From NCBI GenBank assembly GCA_965644265.1, contig OZ286469.1, forward strand, positions 87,544,001-87,608,000: 64,000 nt of DNA. Reading direction: 5' to 3'. This stretch comes from Glycera tridactyla (Eukaryota). The notes beneath the pieces are model-generated. The model was given only the letters and a program-made list of their open reading frames with translations, was not told where the DNA came from and searched no databases. Below are positions 39,857 through 53,710 of the stretch, in pieces. The stretch's first letter is position 1; the number at the start of each line of letters is the position of its first letter. Both the position numbers and the translations under genes were made by a program.

Positions 39857-40769
39857 GCGGTTAGCTGTGATAAATTGTTTTAGGACTCTTCCCATGGAGA
39901 CCAGTAAAGAGTATGGTATCCCTGAAGCAACCTCTTCATTTCAGCTCCCATTATTTCTTACTTTTTGATGGAATAACATCCATTATACATCTTGTTAAAT
40001 ACAGTACAATTATATGCTGGAGAAGAATCAAACCACTGTTAGCTATGTGTTCATCTCAGCCAGCCTGTGACCTGTAAGAGACAGAATTCATACTTCAGCA
40101 TCAAGCTGAATCTGCTTCAGAGAGGCTCGACTAAGCGCACAGCGGCGCCTAGCCAACTTAAGAATACTATATACGATGATCAGGAGATTAGTCAAAACAC
40201 TGCTATGATTGGAAATCTTCATACAATCAGGTAAGCCTCAAGCTTCTGCAGTTCCTAGTTATGGTGTGCCTGTTACTCAAGAGATGGCAGTTTACACGTT
40301 GCAGGACAATATCCAGTAGGCGGCAGTGCACAACATGGTACAAGCTGGAAGCTCACCAACCCATTGTGTTGGCAACTACACAATGAGACTCCATCGTGTT
40401 AATTCAAAATTTCAGAGATCCGTCAATAGTTTCTGAGTGGATGTCACGATAAATTATCTCTGTGATGAGGAAGGCAGTGACAGATGCCAGTGTTGCCAAG
40501 CAACACAACAGCTATAGCAACAAATAGATGCAACAGATCATCCAGTGCTCCTAGAAATACAGGTCCCCTCATCAGGGGAAGGTCAAACAAGGCCACAGAG
40601 GGGCAATATACCCCGCACACGGGAGCATAGTGGGAAACCCATATCGCACACTGGAGCACAGTGGGTAACCCATATCGGAAAAGGTCATTGAGATGTTTGG
40701 TTGGCTATGTAATAAGTCACTGGATCACTGTGTAGAATAAGAAAATCTAATACATATGTAGTAGCACCT

Positions 40770-43748
40770 AAAACATTCACCTTGACCTATGACTTGGGGT
40801 CACATGCATTGTGAGAGAGATGTTGTAACATTGCTTGATCATCCCAGATCAGTTTGATCTTCATCCAACAATGCTAGCCTGAGTTATTGTGTGAGATGCG
40901 GAAATTTAAAAATAGCTCCTATGGCCTTGACCTTTGACGCAGGGTCACATGCATCAAATGGGAGATATCTCACCATTGGGTCTTTACGTTGTGAAACTTC
41001 GGTGCATATCGATCAATGCAAGCTTGAGCTGGAGTGTGAAATGAGAAAATTTGTGAATAGTTCCTGTGACCTTGACCTTTGACCTAGGATCAAATGCATC
41101 GTAAAGGAGGTGTCCTACCATTAGGTCATTACTTTGTGTAAGTTTGATGCATATCCATCTCGCTTGAGTTAGAGTGTGAAATGGGAAAATCTGTAAATAG
41201 TTCCTGTGACCTTGACCTTTGACATGGGGTCACATGCATCAAAAGGGAGGTGGCCTACCATCAAGTCATTACATTGTGTAAGTTTGGTGCATATCCATCA
41301 GAGCTGGCTTGAGTTAGAGTGTAAAATAAGAACATCTATGAATAGCTCCTCTGACCTTGACCTTTGACCTGGGGTCACATGCATCGAAAGAGAGGTGGCC
41401 TACCATTAGGTCATTACTTTGTGTAAGTTTGGTGCATATCCATCAGAGCTGGCTTGAGTTAGAGTGTAAAATGGGGAAATCTATAAATAGCTCCTGTGAC
41501 CTTGACCTTTGACCTGGGGTCACATGCATCGAAAGGAGGTGGCCTACCATCAAGTCATTACTGTGAGTAAGTTTGGTGCATATTCATCAAAGCTCGCTTG
41601 AGTTAGAGTGTGAAAGAAGAAAATTTATAAATAGCTCCTGTGACCTTGACCTTTGACCTGGGGTCACATGCATCGAAAGGGAGGTGGCCTACCATGAGGT
41701 CGTTACTTTGCGTGACTTTGATGCATATCCATTCAGGCTAACTTGAGTTAGAGTGTCAAAAAAGAAAATTTATAAATAGCTCCTGTGACCTTTGACCTTT
41801 GACCTGGGGTCACATGCATCGAAAGGGAGGTGGCCTACCATCAAGTCATTACTGTGAGTAAGTTTGGTGCATATTCATCAAAGCTCGCTTGAGTTAGAGT
41901 GTAAAATGGGGAAATCTATAAATAGCTCCTGTGACCTTGACCTTCGACCTGGGGTCACATGCATCGAAAGGGAGGTGGCCTATCATGAGGTCATTACTTT
42001 GCGTGACTTTGATGCATATCCATTCAGGCTAACTTGAGTTAGAGTGTGAAAAAAGAAAATTTATAAATAGCTCCTGTGACCTTTGACCTTTGACCTGGGG
42101 TCACATGCATCGAAAACGAGGTGGCCTACCATTAGGTCATTACTTTGTGAAAGTTTGGTGCATATCCATCGAAGCTCGCTTGAGTTAGAGTGTAAAATGG
42201 GGAAATCTATAAATAGCTCCTGTGACCTTGACCTTTGACCTGGGGTCACATGCATCGAAAGGGAGGTGGCCTATCATGAGGTCATTACTTTGCGTGACTT
42301 TGATGCATATCCATTCAGGCTAACTTGAGTTAGAGTGTGAAAAAAGAAAATTTATAAATAGCTCCTGTGACCTTTGACCTTTGACCTGGGGTCACATGCA
42401 TCGAAAACGAGGTGGCCTACCATTAGGTCATTACTTTGTGAAAGTTTGGTGCATATCCATCGAAGCTCGCTTGAGTTTGAGTGTAAAATGGGGAAATCTA
42501 TAAATAGCTCCTGTGACCTTGACCTTTGACCTGGGGTCACATGCATCGAAAGGGAGGTGGCCTACCATTAGGTCATTACTTTGTGTAAGTTTGGTGCATA
42601 TCCATCTAGGCTCGCTTGAGTTAGAGTGTAAAATGGGGAAATCTATAAATAGCTCCTGTGACCTTGACCTTCGACCTGGGGTCACATGCATCGAAAGGGA
42701 GGTGGCCTATCATGAGGTCATTACTTTGCGTGACTTTGATGCATATCCATTCAGGCTAACTTGAGTTAGAGTGTGAAAAAAGAAAATTTATAAATAGCTC
42801 CTGTGACCTTTGACCTTTGACCTGGGGTCACATGCATCGAAAACGAGGTGGCCTACCATCAAGTCATTACTTTGTGAAAGTTTGGTGCATATCCATCGAA
42901 GCTCGCTTGAGTTAGAGTGTAAAATGGGGAAATCTATAAATAGCTCCTGTGACCTTGACCTTTGACCTGGGGTCACATGCATCGAAAGGGAGGTGGCCTA
43001 TCATGAGGTCATTACTTTGCGTGACTTTGATGCATATCCATTCAGGCTAACTTGAGTTAGAGTGTGAAAAAAGAAAATTTATAAATAGCTCCTGTGACCT
43101 TGACCTTTGACCTGGGGTCACATGCATCGAAAACGAGGTGGCCTACCATTAGGTCATTACTTTGTGAAAGTTTGGTGCATATCCATCGAAGCTCGCTTGA
43201 GTTTGAGTGTAAAATGGGGAAATCTATAAATAGCTCCTGTGACCTTGACCTTTGACCTGGGGTCACATGCATCGAAAGGGAGGTGGCCTACCATTAGGTC
43301 ATTACTTTGTGTAAGTTTGGTGCATATCCATCTAGGCTCGCTTGAGTTAGAGTGTAAAATGGGAAAATCTATAAATAGCTCCTGTGACCTTGACCTTTGA
43401 CCTAGGGTCACATGCATCAAAAGGGAGGTGGCCCAACATTGGGTCATTACTTTATGTAAGTTTGGTGCATATCCATTGAGGCTAACTCGAGTTAGAGTGT
43501 AAAATAAGAAAATCTATAAATAGCTCCTGTGACCTTGACCTTTGACCTTTGGGTACGAAAATCAAATTCTCGAATACGATTTTTTCATAGATCACAGTTA
43601 TGAAGTTTTGTGAAAATTGGACCAGCCAATTCAAAGTTATTGCATGAAATGTGAGCGGACGTACGTACGTACGTACGTACGTACGTACGTACGTACGGAC
43701 GCCGGAGGTGAAACTATTATACCCCACTTTTTCAAAAGCGGGGTATAA
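40770..43748. mobile_element. Helentron-associated (HINE/DINE-1-like) element with ~19 units of a ~145-bp tandem repeat
   Basis: Array with TGACCTTGACCTTTGACC motif, then a unique spacer, an (ACGT)n microsatellite (~43657-43696) and a terminal stem-loop TTATACCCCAC...GCGGGGTATAA. This matches the DINE-1/HINE architecture. Confidence 0.85.
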
Positions 43749-44790
43749 AAAGGGGCTCAGGGGATTCTGACACAGAAGGAAATTGGCTCAATCAAAACCA
43801 CAGGATTGGGATAAATAAGGACCACAGATGCCCCATCAGTTAGCATTTCCAGTTTTATCTGCAGTTTGGCCTATCTACTGGTCCAAATTATCAAGTGAAC
43901 ACAATCTTGCACCTTCCACACACATTTGAAATCTCCCCTTTATCTAATCATGAACCAACAGGGTACTTTTAGACTGTTGTGGTAGCTCAGTGCACAACCG
44001 CAGGTCACTAGCTCCTACACAAGCTGGGCGGTTAGCGGCATATCAGAACTCCAGGCTCTAATCAACAAGAAGAAATCAGATGATTTTTACGAACAAAATT
44101 TGTAAATTCTGATAGTGTAACGTGAAATACAGTTTCATTCAAGGGTAATTTTTCCCTCTTGATTCCATTTGGAGCGATACCTATTTCAATTTCACTTGAT
44201 CGGCTCCTTGTCTGACTGATACACTGGGGGACAGTAAGCAACAATAAAGCGCCCAATGAATGCATTCAGGTGTTGAAAACTTTCCACAGCCTTCTCATTT
44301 TGAGAGTTCATACTCATGCAAGCAACTCCAAGCAGCACATCGGAAAAAGCACAAAATACGTGAACAAATTGTAGATGATCCACAAGGCACATCAAGGAAG
44401 CTTGCGATGGATTTTAGAGGACAAATCCGCCGTGCTATTCACAAAATCGTAAATCTATGATAATCAATCATACTGCAAGCATTGATCATTATCTCATGCC
44501 GAAGCAAACTTTCTCTTCATACATTTAATTTGAATTTCTTCACAGCTATTTCCTACTCATTGGCTGGATACTTATGCCAACAACAGGGATATTCCTGGAG
44601 TGAGATTTGGTAGAATCTCTCATCAAATTCTGAAATGTCCCAGTGGCTCTGATCAGAGACCCAACAGATGCTAGAATTTCAATTACTTCACTTACTGTCA
44701 CTTACACTATTGTCTGTTCGGTGGAAGAAACTTAGTATGAAACATCCAGCATTTCGTTTAAGTTTAGATAAACAGATACTCAATACAAAC

Positions 44791-44866
44791 CTTGGCAAAA
44801 CTTGGAGGACGGAATTTAGCGCGTTTTGGTAATGACTTCTTGGCGGATGCTGGCCCTGACTTCTTC
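44791..44866 (-). CDS. TACC: TACC small basic exon (KKSGPASAKKSLPKRAKFRPPSFAK), NLS-like
   Basis: Acceptor ttgggttttcag and donor gtttgt; 76 nt, phase 2 to 0. It exactly bridges the phase mismatch between exons 45866 and 35347. Confidence 0.82.
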
Positions 44867-45865
44867 CTGAAAACCCAAGAATAACGGAGTTCAGGTAACA
44901 GCTGAAATATTGCGACAAGCAACAAACCCTACAATCAATCATATTGTTCCTCAGGTACAGTCGAAGGAACAGAATCAGGTGATGATGGTCCATAAGATAC
45001 AACTGGCACTTGACCTGGCATTTTCGTTCCAGTATTTCCGCTCTAATAGATGCATCAACTGCATCTAACTGTATGGTATACTGACAATAAAAGTCAGTCC
45101 ACAGATAACACCAATATACACGAAAGTTGCTGGCAAATGATTTCTGCCAAATCAATTCCTATTGCATTTTTTCGTCTAAATGCTAAGAAATCAAGAAAAT
45201 GTTCATTTTGAATGGATGACCACATCACTTTTGTGGCATCAGAAATGAAAGTGACTAGAGCAATTCATATTAGCAAATCAAAATTTTCTTTAGCATTTTA
45301 CTTCGCTGATTAGCTAAAGCGCTAACCTACAGAGGGACACTGAGTCGGTAGGTATCTACCTATGATTAAGAAGGCAATACCTACATTTTCATTGTTCACA
45401 TGATATGGAAGCTAACCTGCCTCCATGATCCACAACCAAAGAAGTTTGAGGGAATCTGGAAGTTTAGATGCAGCGTCAATTCTTTTTAAACATCTACTGG
45501 TTAAGATTCACAGTATTCATTGACATACTGTTAGATCAAGTGGGCTGACATACAAACAGATGCTGCCTGAGCCACTCAAGTCCCACTGATTCATACAGTG
45601 AAATCCTGCTATCATATACCGTGGTAGCACATTCATTTCAGGGCACAAGTGCATTCAAAGTGATGTTCATGTCTGTTAGTACTTGAATTATTTGATCAAA
45701 TGGGCTAGATAAAAACCCTCAATATCAAGCTTTGCACATGTGGTAAAATGCCAGCACCTTCAAGACTTGGCAGAGTGATGCATCTTACTTTATTTAGGAG
45801 ATGATTTTGAAAAACACATGTAAAGCGAACACATTATAATCTGATACCTTGAGTTTCTTACTTAC

Positions 45866-46588
45866 TTTGGTGTTTTCTTGACAACTGGCGGTGCGCTCAC
45901 ATTTTCGTTCTCCTGATTTTCGGAATTCTCGGAGACAGCTGGCGCAGCTACATGGTTCTCCTCGGTTGGAGTCCCCGCCATCTTCGGTGTTGGTTTCACC
46001 ACACGTGGCGAAGTCGGCGGTGAGCTCCCCAGCTTGTTTCTTGGCTTGAACGGGTCCACGTCGCCGCCGTTCATGTTGCAAGATGGCACCGAGTTTGGCG
46101 GCGGGGATGAGGGCATCTTGGCTTTGGTTGCGAAAGGGTTCGTGTTCTCGTCGAAATCATCAAAATTGTAATTGTAAGATCCCCTTGGTATAGGGATCTC
46201 ATCAACTGCTACGTCGTCGTTATTGGTATCCATGGTGATGGCTGGTGACGGGTCTGCCTCAGGCACGACGGGTTCGGCCTCAACAGGCGTTACGGGCGTT
46301 GCTGTTACTTCAGGGTCGGGATCCACTGAGCCCCTGGTGGGCTCATCAGTCTTAGGCTCAAAACTCTCCAAACTCAAGATCTCCCCTGATAAACTACTCT
46401 GTAGCTGTTCGCTCTCTAATGAGAACTCTTCTGTTAGGCTGACGACGGGTTCCGCAGCGGCTGGCGGTGCAGCTGGTTGCTCTAGCGGGGTATCTTCCTT
46501 CACCTCTGGAGCTTTTATCGACTCAGGTACTTCGGCACTATTGTCAACCCCTGTGTCGGGTGACTCAGACTTCACATCAGATTCGACC
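45866..46588 (-). CDS. TACC: TACC exon, acidic/Pro-Ser-rich region with GSYNYNFDDFDENTNPF repeat motif
   Basis: Acceptor tcgtttctag and donor gtaagt; 723 nt, phase 2 to 2, within ORF 45862..46659. GSY.....F.....NPF followed by SSPP is the characteristic TACC N-terminal repeat. Confidence 0.92.
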
Positions 46589-47538
46589 CTAGAAACGAGA
46601 ATACGGACAATTAGCAAGACACTGAAATGTAATGAATACAGCCATGGAATTAAGCACATCAGTTTGGTGAATACAATATCTTCAGATTTTGATGAAGCAA
46701 GTGGAATTCTTTAAAGTGAGTTGAGTGAACAATATTGAAAATATAAAAATTGTTCAGAGCAGGTATTGACTAAAATATTATGATCAGTTGATCACCAACC
46801 TACACTGGAATTTTGTTGCACTCATTGAGAAATGAATGTGCATGCCTAGAAACGATGAATTGAAGTGGAAATACATTGGGGAGAAAAACAAGGCATGGTT
46901 ACTTGACAGGATTTTGCTCAATAGATAGAAAGAAAGAAAGATGGACAGACGGATGGACAGACAGACAGATAGGACTTCAGCTGACAGCTATTATAGCTGG
47001 GCCTAGTCTGGAATCTGGTGGCCTCCGGGCAACTAGGCCAAGGGTGTCCCCCCCCCCCTCATACAGCCCTGGCGCACACATGTACTGACTGACACAGAGG
47101 CATTTACACAGCTGGCAAAGAGCATACAGCATCCGGCAATGACTGGAGCCTCCAGGGCTAGATATAGACGGTAAAATCGGCATCATATGACCTGCTACCC
47201 TGCACATCCAAAAATTATAAACGGTGAGGGAATCTCAATATGGGGGCCGGTAATCATACAATTTACCTGCCTGCATGGCAGCTAGAATCTTTACAATAAG
47301 AAATCTTCTTATACTCTGTCAGTATTGGTGGAAATCCACCTGCTGGCGAACTAGTCTCTGCCATTTCACCCCGATTTCCCTGAAATAGAACACAGGTACT
47401 GGTACTGACAAGTCCAAGGAGAGATTTGGGGCTAGTGAAATAAGTTGAAGGCTAACAGATAATTTCAATTTAACACACTGCTTTTTAGCCAGGGAAGCAC
47501 TTTGAGAGAAAAAAATAGAGATAAAATTTCCTACTCAC

Positions 47539-47723
47539 AGTTCAACTCTATCAGCTGTTTCTTGCCACTTCTCAGCGACAATGTCTGCGGCAGCATCTGT
47601 CTCGTGGCTATCTGCGGGAGCTATGACAGAACGCTCAGGGGCGTTCTCAATATCATCCTGGGCCTCAAAGCCCAACTTTGGAGATATCGCCCCTTTCACC
47701 TGTGGGGGTGTATGGAATGCAAC
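47539..47723 (-). CDS. TACC: TACC-family gene, most 5' coding exon found (VAFHTPPQVKGAISPK...ADRVEL)
   Basis: Acceptor ttttgttcgcag and donor gtgagt; 185 nt, phase 0 to 2, joining in frame to exon 46588. VAFHTP...ISP resembles the TACC3 N-terminal VTFQTP...ILSP segment. Confidence 0.82.
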
Positions 47724-49228
47724 CTGCGAACAAAAAAAACATGATTCATAGGGTCAGAGATAATGAAAGCCATTGCATCCAATTTGTAGAATGAAAACAG
47801 GTTTATATTTGTTCACCATCGAGATATTTGTTAATCACCGGCCAGATCTACAAAGAAGAATGTAGACATCAACTTATTCAGTGGGCGCCTGCCAAATCCC
47901 AGCAAATATGACAGTAATATGTACCATCGTATTGTGCATGTGTGTCTCCATGTTACTCTAGAGCTTTTATCACATATGTAGTGCTGATGTCAACTGTATT
48001 AGATAAGGCTGAAATAAAGGATTTTGAATTGTGTCTGAAATCAGACGGCAGACATCTGCTTCACTTGGTGACCATTAAAAATTTCATCTCTCAACCGTGA
48101 AATATCCTCAACAACATTTGGTCCAAAAGAAGTTATCCAATATATATCACAGGGCTCTACTATGCTACCTGTGGGTAGCCAATGGCTACCAAATTTACCT
48201 CCTGGCTACCACATTTCGAAAGTTGGGAGCCAAATGCCCCTAAAATTTTGAGAGGTTGTAATTGGCAATGTATTGACTGGCTACCACAATTTTGCTCTGG
48301 GCACCAAAAATTTCAACTAAGGAGCCAGAATATTTCGGCTAACACAGGGCCCTAAACATAATGATGGTCCAAATTTCTGAGATGATCGGAACAATTTGAG
48401 ATGAAGTGGTTATTCATCTCACTAGTGCCATTTATGCTATATTGAGACACCCTGGCAATGGGAATAGTTGGGATAATACACAACTTCTCTTCCTGGGTCC
48501 CCATTTAGGAGCAGAAATTTGCACCCCCTCCCCATCCACTCCCTCCCCCTTCTGCTGATTCTACAGCACAAATTCAGGAATGAATATTGGAGATTCTGAC
48601 CTCGTACACAGGTGGTGTAAGCAATACGGCAATTTGTAAGACTAACCTAGGCCATACAATGTTTGAATAGCAAAGCCTCGGGTATAAAAGCCCATGCAAT
48701 CACTCGTGCTTGAATCATGTATACAAAGGCTGGAGTTCGCCATGTTCATTCAGCTATTTCAGTACAGTATATTGTACTGGCTGAAATGTTAATTCAGCAA
48801 GAAAAACACCAATCTTTCACAAAATTCTTGAAGAGATATCACTGTATTCTCATCACACTCGAGGCCAAATCTGTCAAAAAAATGTCAGAAATGAACATTC
48901 AAAACATCAGCATGTCTAAGTTGAATGTTCTCAAGGGTGAACATGTGCTGGTATTTATTGAATGATTGAGTTGTAGTGTGCGACTGAAGCAGGATTCAGA
49001 CTCGGTATAAATGCAGTAGGTTGGTACAGTTATTGGAGGGTTTTTCAGGAGTAGAAGTAAGCTTATCACAGACACACAAGGTCAATACCGAACACACATA
49101 GCTGCAGTTTTCTCATGTCCAAGTTCACATGCCATGACCCGCCATTCACCATTCAGTGGTACAGTCAGTCAAACTCAATACAGTGTACTCTGCATGCATT
49201 TTCACATACATAACCCCCCCACCAACCA

Positions 49229-49902
49229 NNNNNNNNNNNNNNNNNNNNNNNNNNNNNNNNNNNNNNNNNNNNNNNNNNNNNNNNNNNNNNNNNNNNNNNN
49301 NNNNNNNNNNNNNNNNNNNNNNNNNNNNNNNNNNNNNNNNNNNNNNNNNNNNNNNNNNNNNNNNNTCGCTTTATCTTTTTCAAGATCGACTTTTGGTAGC
49401 ATTCAGAGCAGTTGGTTTGCACTGCAGCACACACATGCTTGCATGAGGCATGATTTACGCATAGTATAAGCACAAACTATACATGCAAATGTGTTTACAA
49501 TTCATATTCATTGTAGGCAGCCAACTGGCATCAAATGTCTTATTTATTCAGGCAACTGATACATAAAGGTCGCCAGGCTCNNNNNNNNNNNNNNNNNNNN
49601 NNNNNNNNNNNNNNNNNNNNNNNNNNNNNNNNNNNNNNNNNNNNNNNNNNNNNNNNNNNNNNNNNNNNNNNNNNNNNNNNNNNNNNNNNNNNNNNNNNNN
49701 NNNNNNNNNNNNNNNNNNNNNNNNNNNNNNNNNNNNNNNNNNNNNNNNNNNNNNNNNNNNNNNNNNNNNNNNNNNNNNNNNNNNNNNNNNNNNNNNNNNN
49801 NNNNNNNNNNNNNNNNNNNNNNNNNNNNNNNNNNNNNNNNNNNNNNNNNNNNNNNNNNNNNNNNNNNNNNNNNNNNNNNNNNNNNNNNNNNNNNNNNNNN
49901 NN
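49229..49902. other. Two assembly gaps (49229-49365, 49581-49902); other gaps at 20552-20870 and 37483-37626
   Basis: Runs of N. Confidence 0.99.
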
Positions 49903-50213
49903 ACGAAAGAGGAGAAAGGGGGTTGGGTGGATGAATGGACAGACGGACCGGCAGCTTTTACTTATGAATTGCCTCACTGTTGAGAGGAGTTAGTGATGGA
50001 AGCCAGGGCTCTAATAGCAGGAGACTGTATGTACCACAAGCACTGACTCATACATATCATACGCATGACCTGGGAAAAACTCCCTGAGGGCACCGCTCAT
50101 CTGAGCTGTCTACAATCACCCAAGTGATCACCCCAGCTCTACTTACAACTCACAATGGGAGCGTGGCTTAAGTTTATAACAGGGCTGGGAGATAGTACAA
50201 CCTGACTACTTGT

Positions 50214-50214
<1 letters not shown>

Positions 50215-50276
<62 letters not shown>

Positions 50277-50283
50277 GCACACG
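50215..50283. repeat. (CA)n microsatellite
   Basis: Visible CA run. Confidence 0.95.
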
Positions 50284-53200
50284 CAGCCCTGAAAATGTGC
50301 ATGTTGCTGAAGTTGGAGTCAATGATGAAGCCAGAGATATTTGATAAACATGGAGGAAGCCATATCATCAACTGCTGTGGTCTGATAGAAGGGCTGCCAA
50401 TAAAGGGTTAAAGCTCAATTTCAGCATCGAGCCATGGCTTATATCAAGACATCTATCTTGATGCTCATATTATTTCAGAATCAGAGACAATTGCCAACTT
50501 GAAATCCATCTGCCAGCCAAACAAGAAAAGTAATGCTCTTCCTTAATTCTAAATTTGATTTGGCAACATGATGGTACATCAAATATTTGAGAGGCAGCTT
50601 TTAATCATCATATCTGGAAACACTCAAGACACAACTGATGCGGAAAAGAATTCACAAAGAAGCATTTGCTCAACGTTGACATGTGAACTTCCTTCCTCTT
50701 TTCCTGAGGTGAACTTCCTATGTGCATTCCGTTCACTCACTAGCTAGATCTTCCTGAAGCCTGGGTCATATTTGCCCAGAATACCTCCAAATACTTAAAG
50801 ATCTTGATACAAATGATCTTTGATAGTATTGAATTCAAAGTTCATGAGTTTGGAAAATTTCCCAAATAGAAGCACCACTGGTGAAAGCCAAGTACTTGAT
50901 CCCACCAATGGAGTACAGCCACACAGTTGTCTGAGTCAACCATGGAACTTGACAGCGGAATCTACCCAGAATATATGCCATGCTTACTGTGATATCTCAA
51001 CGTAATCATGCAAGATTTCACAAAATTCCCAGACTCGAGAAAGCAAAAAGTCTCGAGAAAACATTTAGACATACCCCACCAATGAATGAAGGATATTTTG
51101 ACCACAAGCACATTTTGGTACATACATGAGTGCCAGTGGAAGAATAATACAAAATGTATATGAGTGCGCCAGAACTATGTTAGTATTGATATATTTTGGC
51201 GAGTCGAAGCAGGAGATGAGAGAATAATGGAAGTAAAACGACGAACCTGGCCCAAACAATGCTCTATAGTGATGACAATGATGATGATGGTGGTGGTGGT
51301 CGGAATCAACCATCACCATGTGAGAGAACACATCAGTACGTTAACATCCTTGCATCCATCCTAACTAACAGACAGTCGGAGGGTGACATCCGGGAGATAT
51401 CCTCGTCAGATAATCTTAGAGATGGCTGGGCTACATATATGCCCACATGCTGATGCTATAGTATAGATTAGCTCCCTCGTCTGGATCTGGATCGAGCTCC
51501 CGAGCTAACTTGGACAGATCAAAAGCCGCTCACACGGGTGAGGGAGAGTGAGTGAGCGCCACATATAATGTGTGGGAGGCACACCAGTACCAGCACACCA
51601 TGAACTGTGAAGTGCAGTGGTCTGTGTGGGCATGTGCTCCCGACTATACCGCTCACACATGCTCTATAGATCAGCTAACCGACCCAGTCAACAGTGCACT
51701 ATCATAACTATAGTCAATTAGTCCAATCTATGCTATTGGACCCTTGAATGTGTGTCAGCTAGACCCAGCAACTGCCTCCGCCAGGCAGACTCAATGTAGC
51801 ATGAACCGATCTATAACAGTACAGCACATACATACATGGTGTATACATCCCCTATTGGATAGTTCACAGTAAATGGGTCACTTTCCACGTCAAAGTAAAC
51901 ATATCATCTTCAGAGCCAATCATATTAGTTAATACTGACCTGTTGACCTCCACTAACCTCGATTGTACAGCCCAGAATGTTTGGCTAGCCTACTAGATTC
52001 TGTCCTCTGTAGATCATATCAGGGACCTACCTCTGCTATTCTCTACCCAGACCTGCCAGCTGATCATGGGGGTGATGTATTCACACTAACTGAACGGTTC
52101 AGGTCTGAACGACAACATTTATTACATTTCTACCCCACCCTAACTGAACTCCATCAATACTTACTTCAACTCACAACCCACCCTTGACCCGGAATATATT
52201 CTATTAGATTTGAACTTGCCTAATTAGACCACCTTTATCATGCAAATGTAGCTTTTGATGGTGGGTGGCCTTTGTAGAAAGGTCATATCATGCATGAGAT
52301 ATCAGACCTGTCTACAAAGACCATGCTTGGCTGCATCAAGTGGTCCTCGTTGACAGGTGGCCTCAATACAAAAGCTTGTCGACTAAATGAATGACCATCA
52401 TGGTCACTGCTAAAGGTGACCTTTATAGACAGGTGGTCTTTGCATAAAGATGGTCAGATGAAGCTAGATTTTTGTGAATATGATGAGATTTTTTGAAACT
52501 ACCCTTACATTATCTCAATAGTATCTCTTCTGAAAATTCAAGTTTTCGGCAATTTCTAAATTTGAATTTTCCACCTAAATTTTCTGGAGTTCCGAAAATT
52601 TGGGGAAAATTGGCATCACTGTATAATGATTGTCATTTAGGTTGGTCTTTGTAAAGAGGTGGCTTATCAAACAGCTTATATCTTAATGAGACCAAGTCTG
52701 CTGGGAGACCACTCTTGGTGTGTAACTTTTTTTTGGTCAATGAGACCCATTGGAGCATGTGTGACACAGTCTATTATCGCAGGTTTTACTGTAATTCCAA
52801 ATTTAACCACAAAAAGGGTACCAACAGCACTTTTTCTTTTGATTTCATATGGTACTTTAAAAGTATCTAATCACTCCTAACACAAGTACATCAGCCTTTT
52901 CAGACCATTTAAGACAGTTGGATTTGCAGTCACTGGATTTGATCCATCATGTACGACAGTCAGTTGGTTAGAATTCTCTGACAATATGATGTTGAACAAG
53001 AACCAACTGAGCACCCCACTCAGATTTTAGAAGGGACATTACCTGGTGATACAGAGAACTCCTGATCCAACAACGGCACACTCCAAGGTTTCAGGCATGC
53101 TACAGGGGATGTTGTCACAAGGTTCCACCAGATGGGAGTATGGACCTCTGATACAAGGTACATTCAGGTATCAGCTTATGATGCCTAACTAACCTGATTG

Positions 53201-53535
53201 CTCTCACACCTGACTCACCATTCACACTCACACAGCAGATTCCAGTACTATGTGAGCACATCTCCAACTCACATTTGCCTCAATACATGGTATGCATTCC
53301 CACACGTTAGACAACTAGAATAATATTGTATGTATCTGAGACCAAACTTTAATAGAGTCTGTATTGAGATAAACTGGGGAATTTGCAAGCTTCTAATTGG
53401 GATTAACAGTTTCATGACTAAATCTCAATAGGCAGGTGAACTTCCCGGGTGGGCAGATTGATGTAGAAATCTATCATCTTTACATGGTACCTTTGTCTCC
53501 AACCTTGACCTGTGAACCACAAACCACGAGCAATA

Positions 53536-53710
53536 CAGTGAAACCTACAATGAGAGACCCCAACAAGAGACCACCTCCGGAAGGAGACCGCTTTTCTAGG
53601 GCAGCTGTTCTGATTGAGATAGTCAAATACACCTTCGACGAGAAACCACCTCTTTTGAGAGACTGCATTTCGGTGACATTTAGGGCAGTCCCTCATCACA
53701 GGTTTCACTG
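53536..53710. mobile_element. Tc1/mariner-like MITE, family A
   Basis: TA|CAGTGAAACCT ... AGGTTTCACTG|TA. Confidence 0.82.

Noticed and set aside
40480-40660. Possible RTE-type LINE 3' remnant (LIxGKVKQGHRG)
   Set aside because: Requires frameshifts and rests on a few residues; needs a tblastn or HMM search.
40770-43540. Regular array read as CRISPR, or its repeated ORFs (MHVTPGQRSRSQ...) read as a gene family
   Set aside because: Contiguous ~145-bp monomers without unique spacers, eukaryotic context and no cas genes; the ORFs are by-products of the repeat.
44062-44460. Hydrophobic fragments vaguely like GPCR TM6-TM7
   Set aside because: Spread over different frames with stops; no NPxxY or other diagnostic motif.
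46223-46714. 163-aa + strand ORF (also 1264..1584 and 35146..35379)
   Set aside because: Antisense or alternate-frame shadows of GC-rich TACC exons.
48647-48743. AACATGGCG start plus G|GTTAGT donor (MANSSLCIHD...) as the TACC first coding exon
   Set aside because: It ends in phase 1, but exon 47723 needs phase 0 and the joined frame hits a stop; no phase-correcting microexon was found. It could still be a non-coding or uORF exon.
53040-53150. AG...GT-bounded minus-strand segment with open frames
   Set aside because: No TACC similarity, and its end phase (1 or 2 in the open frames) does not fit the phase-0 acceptor at 47723.
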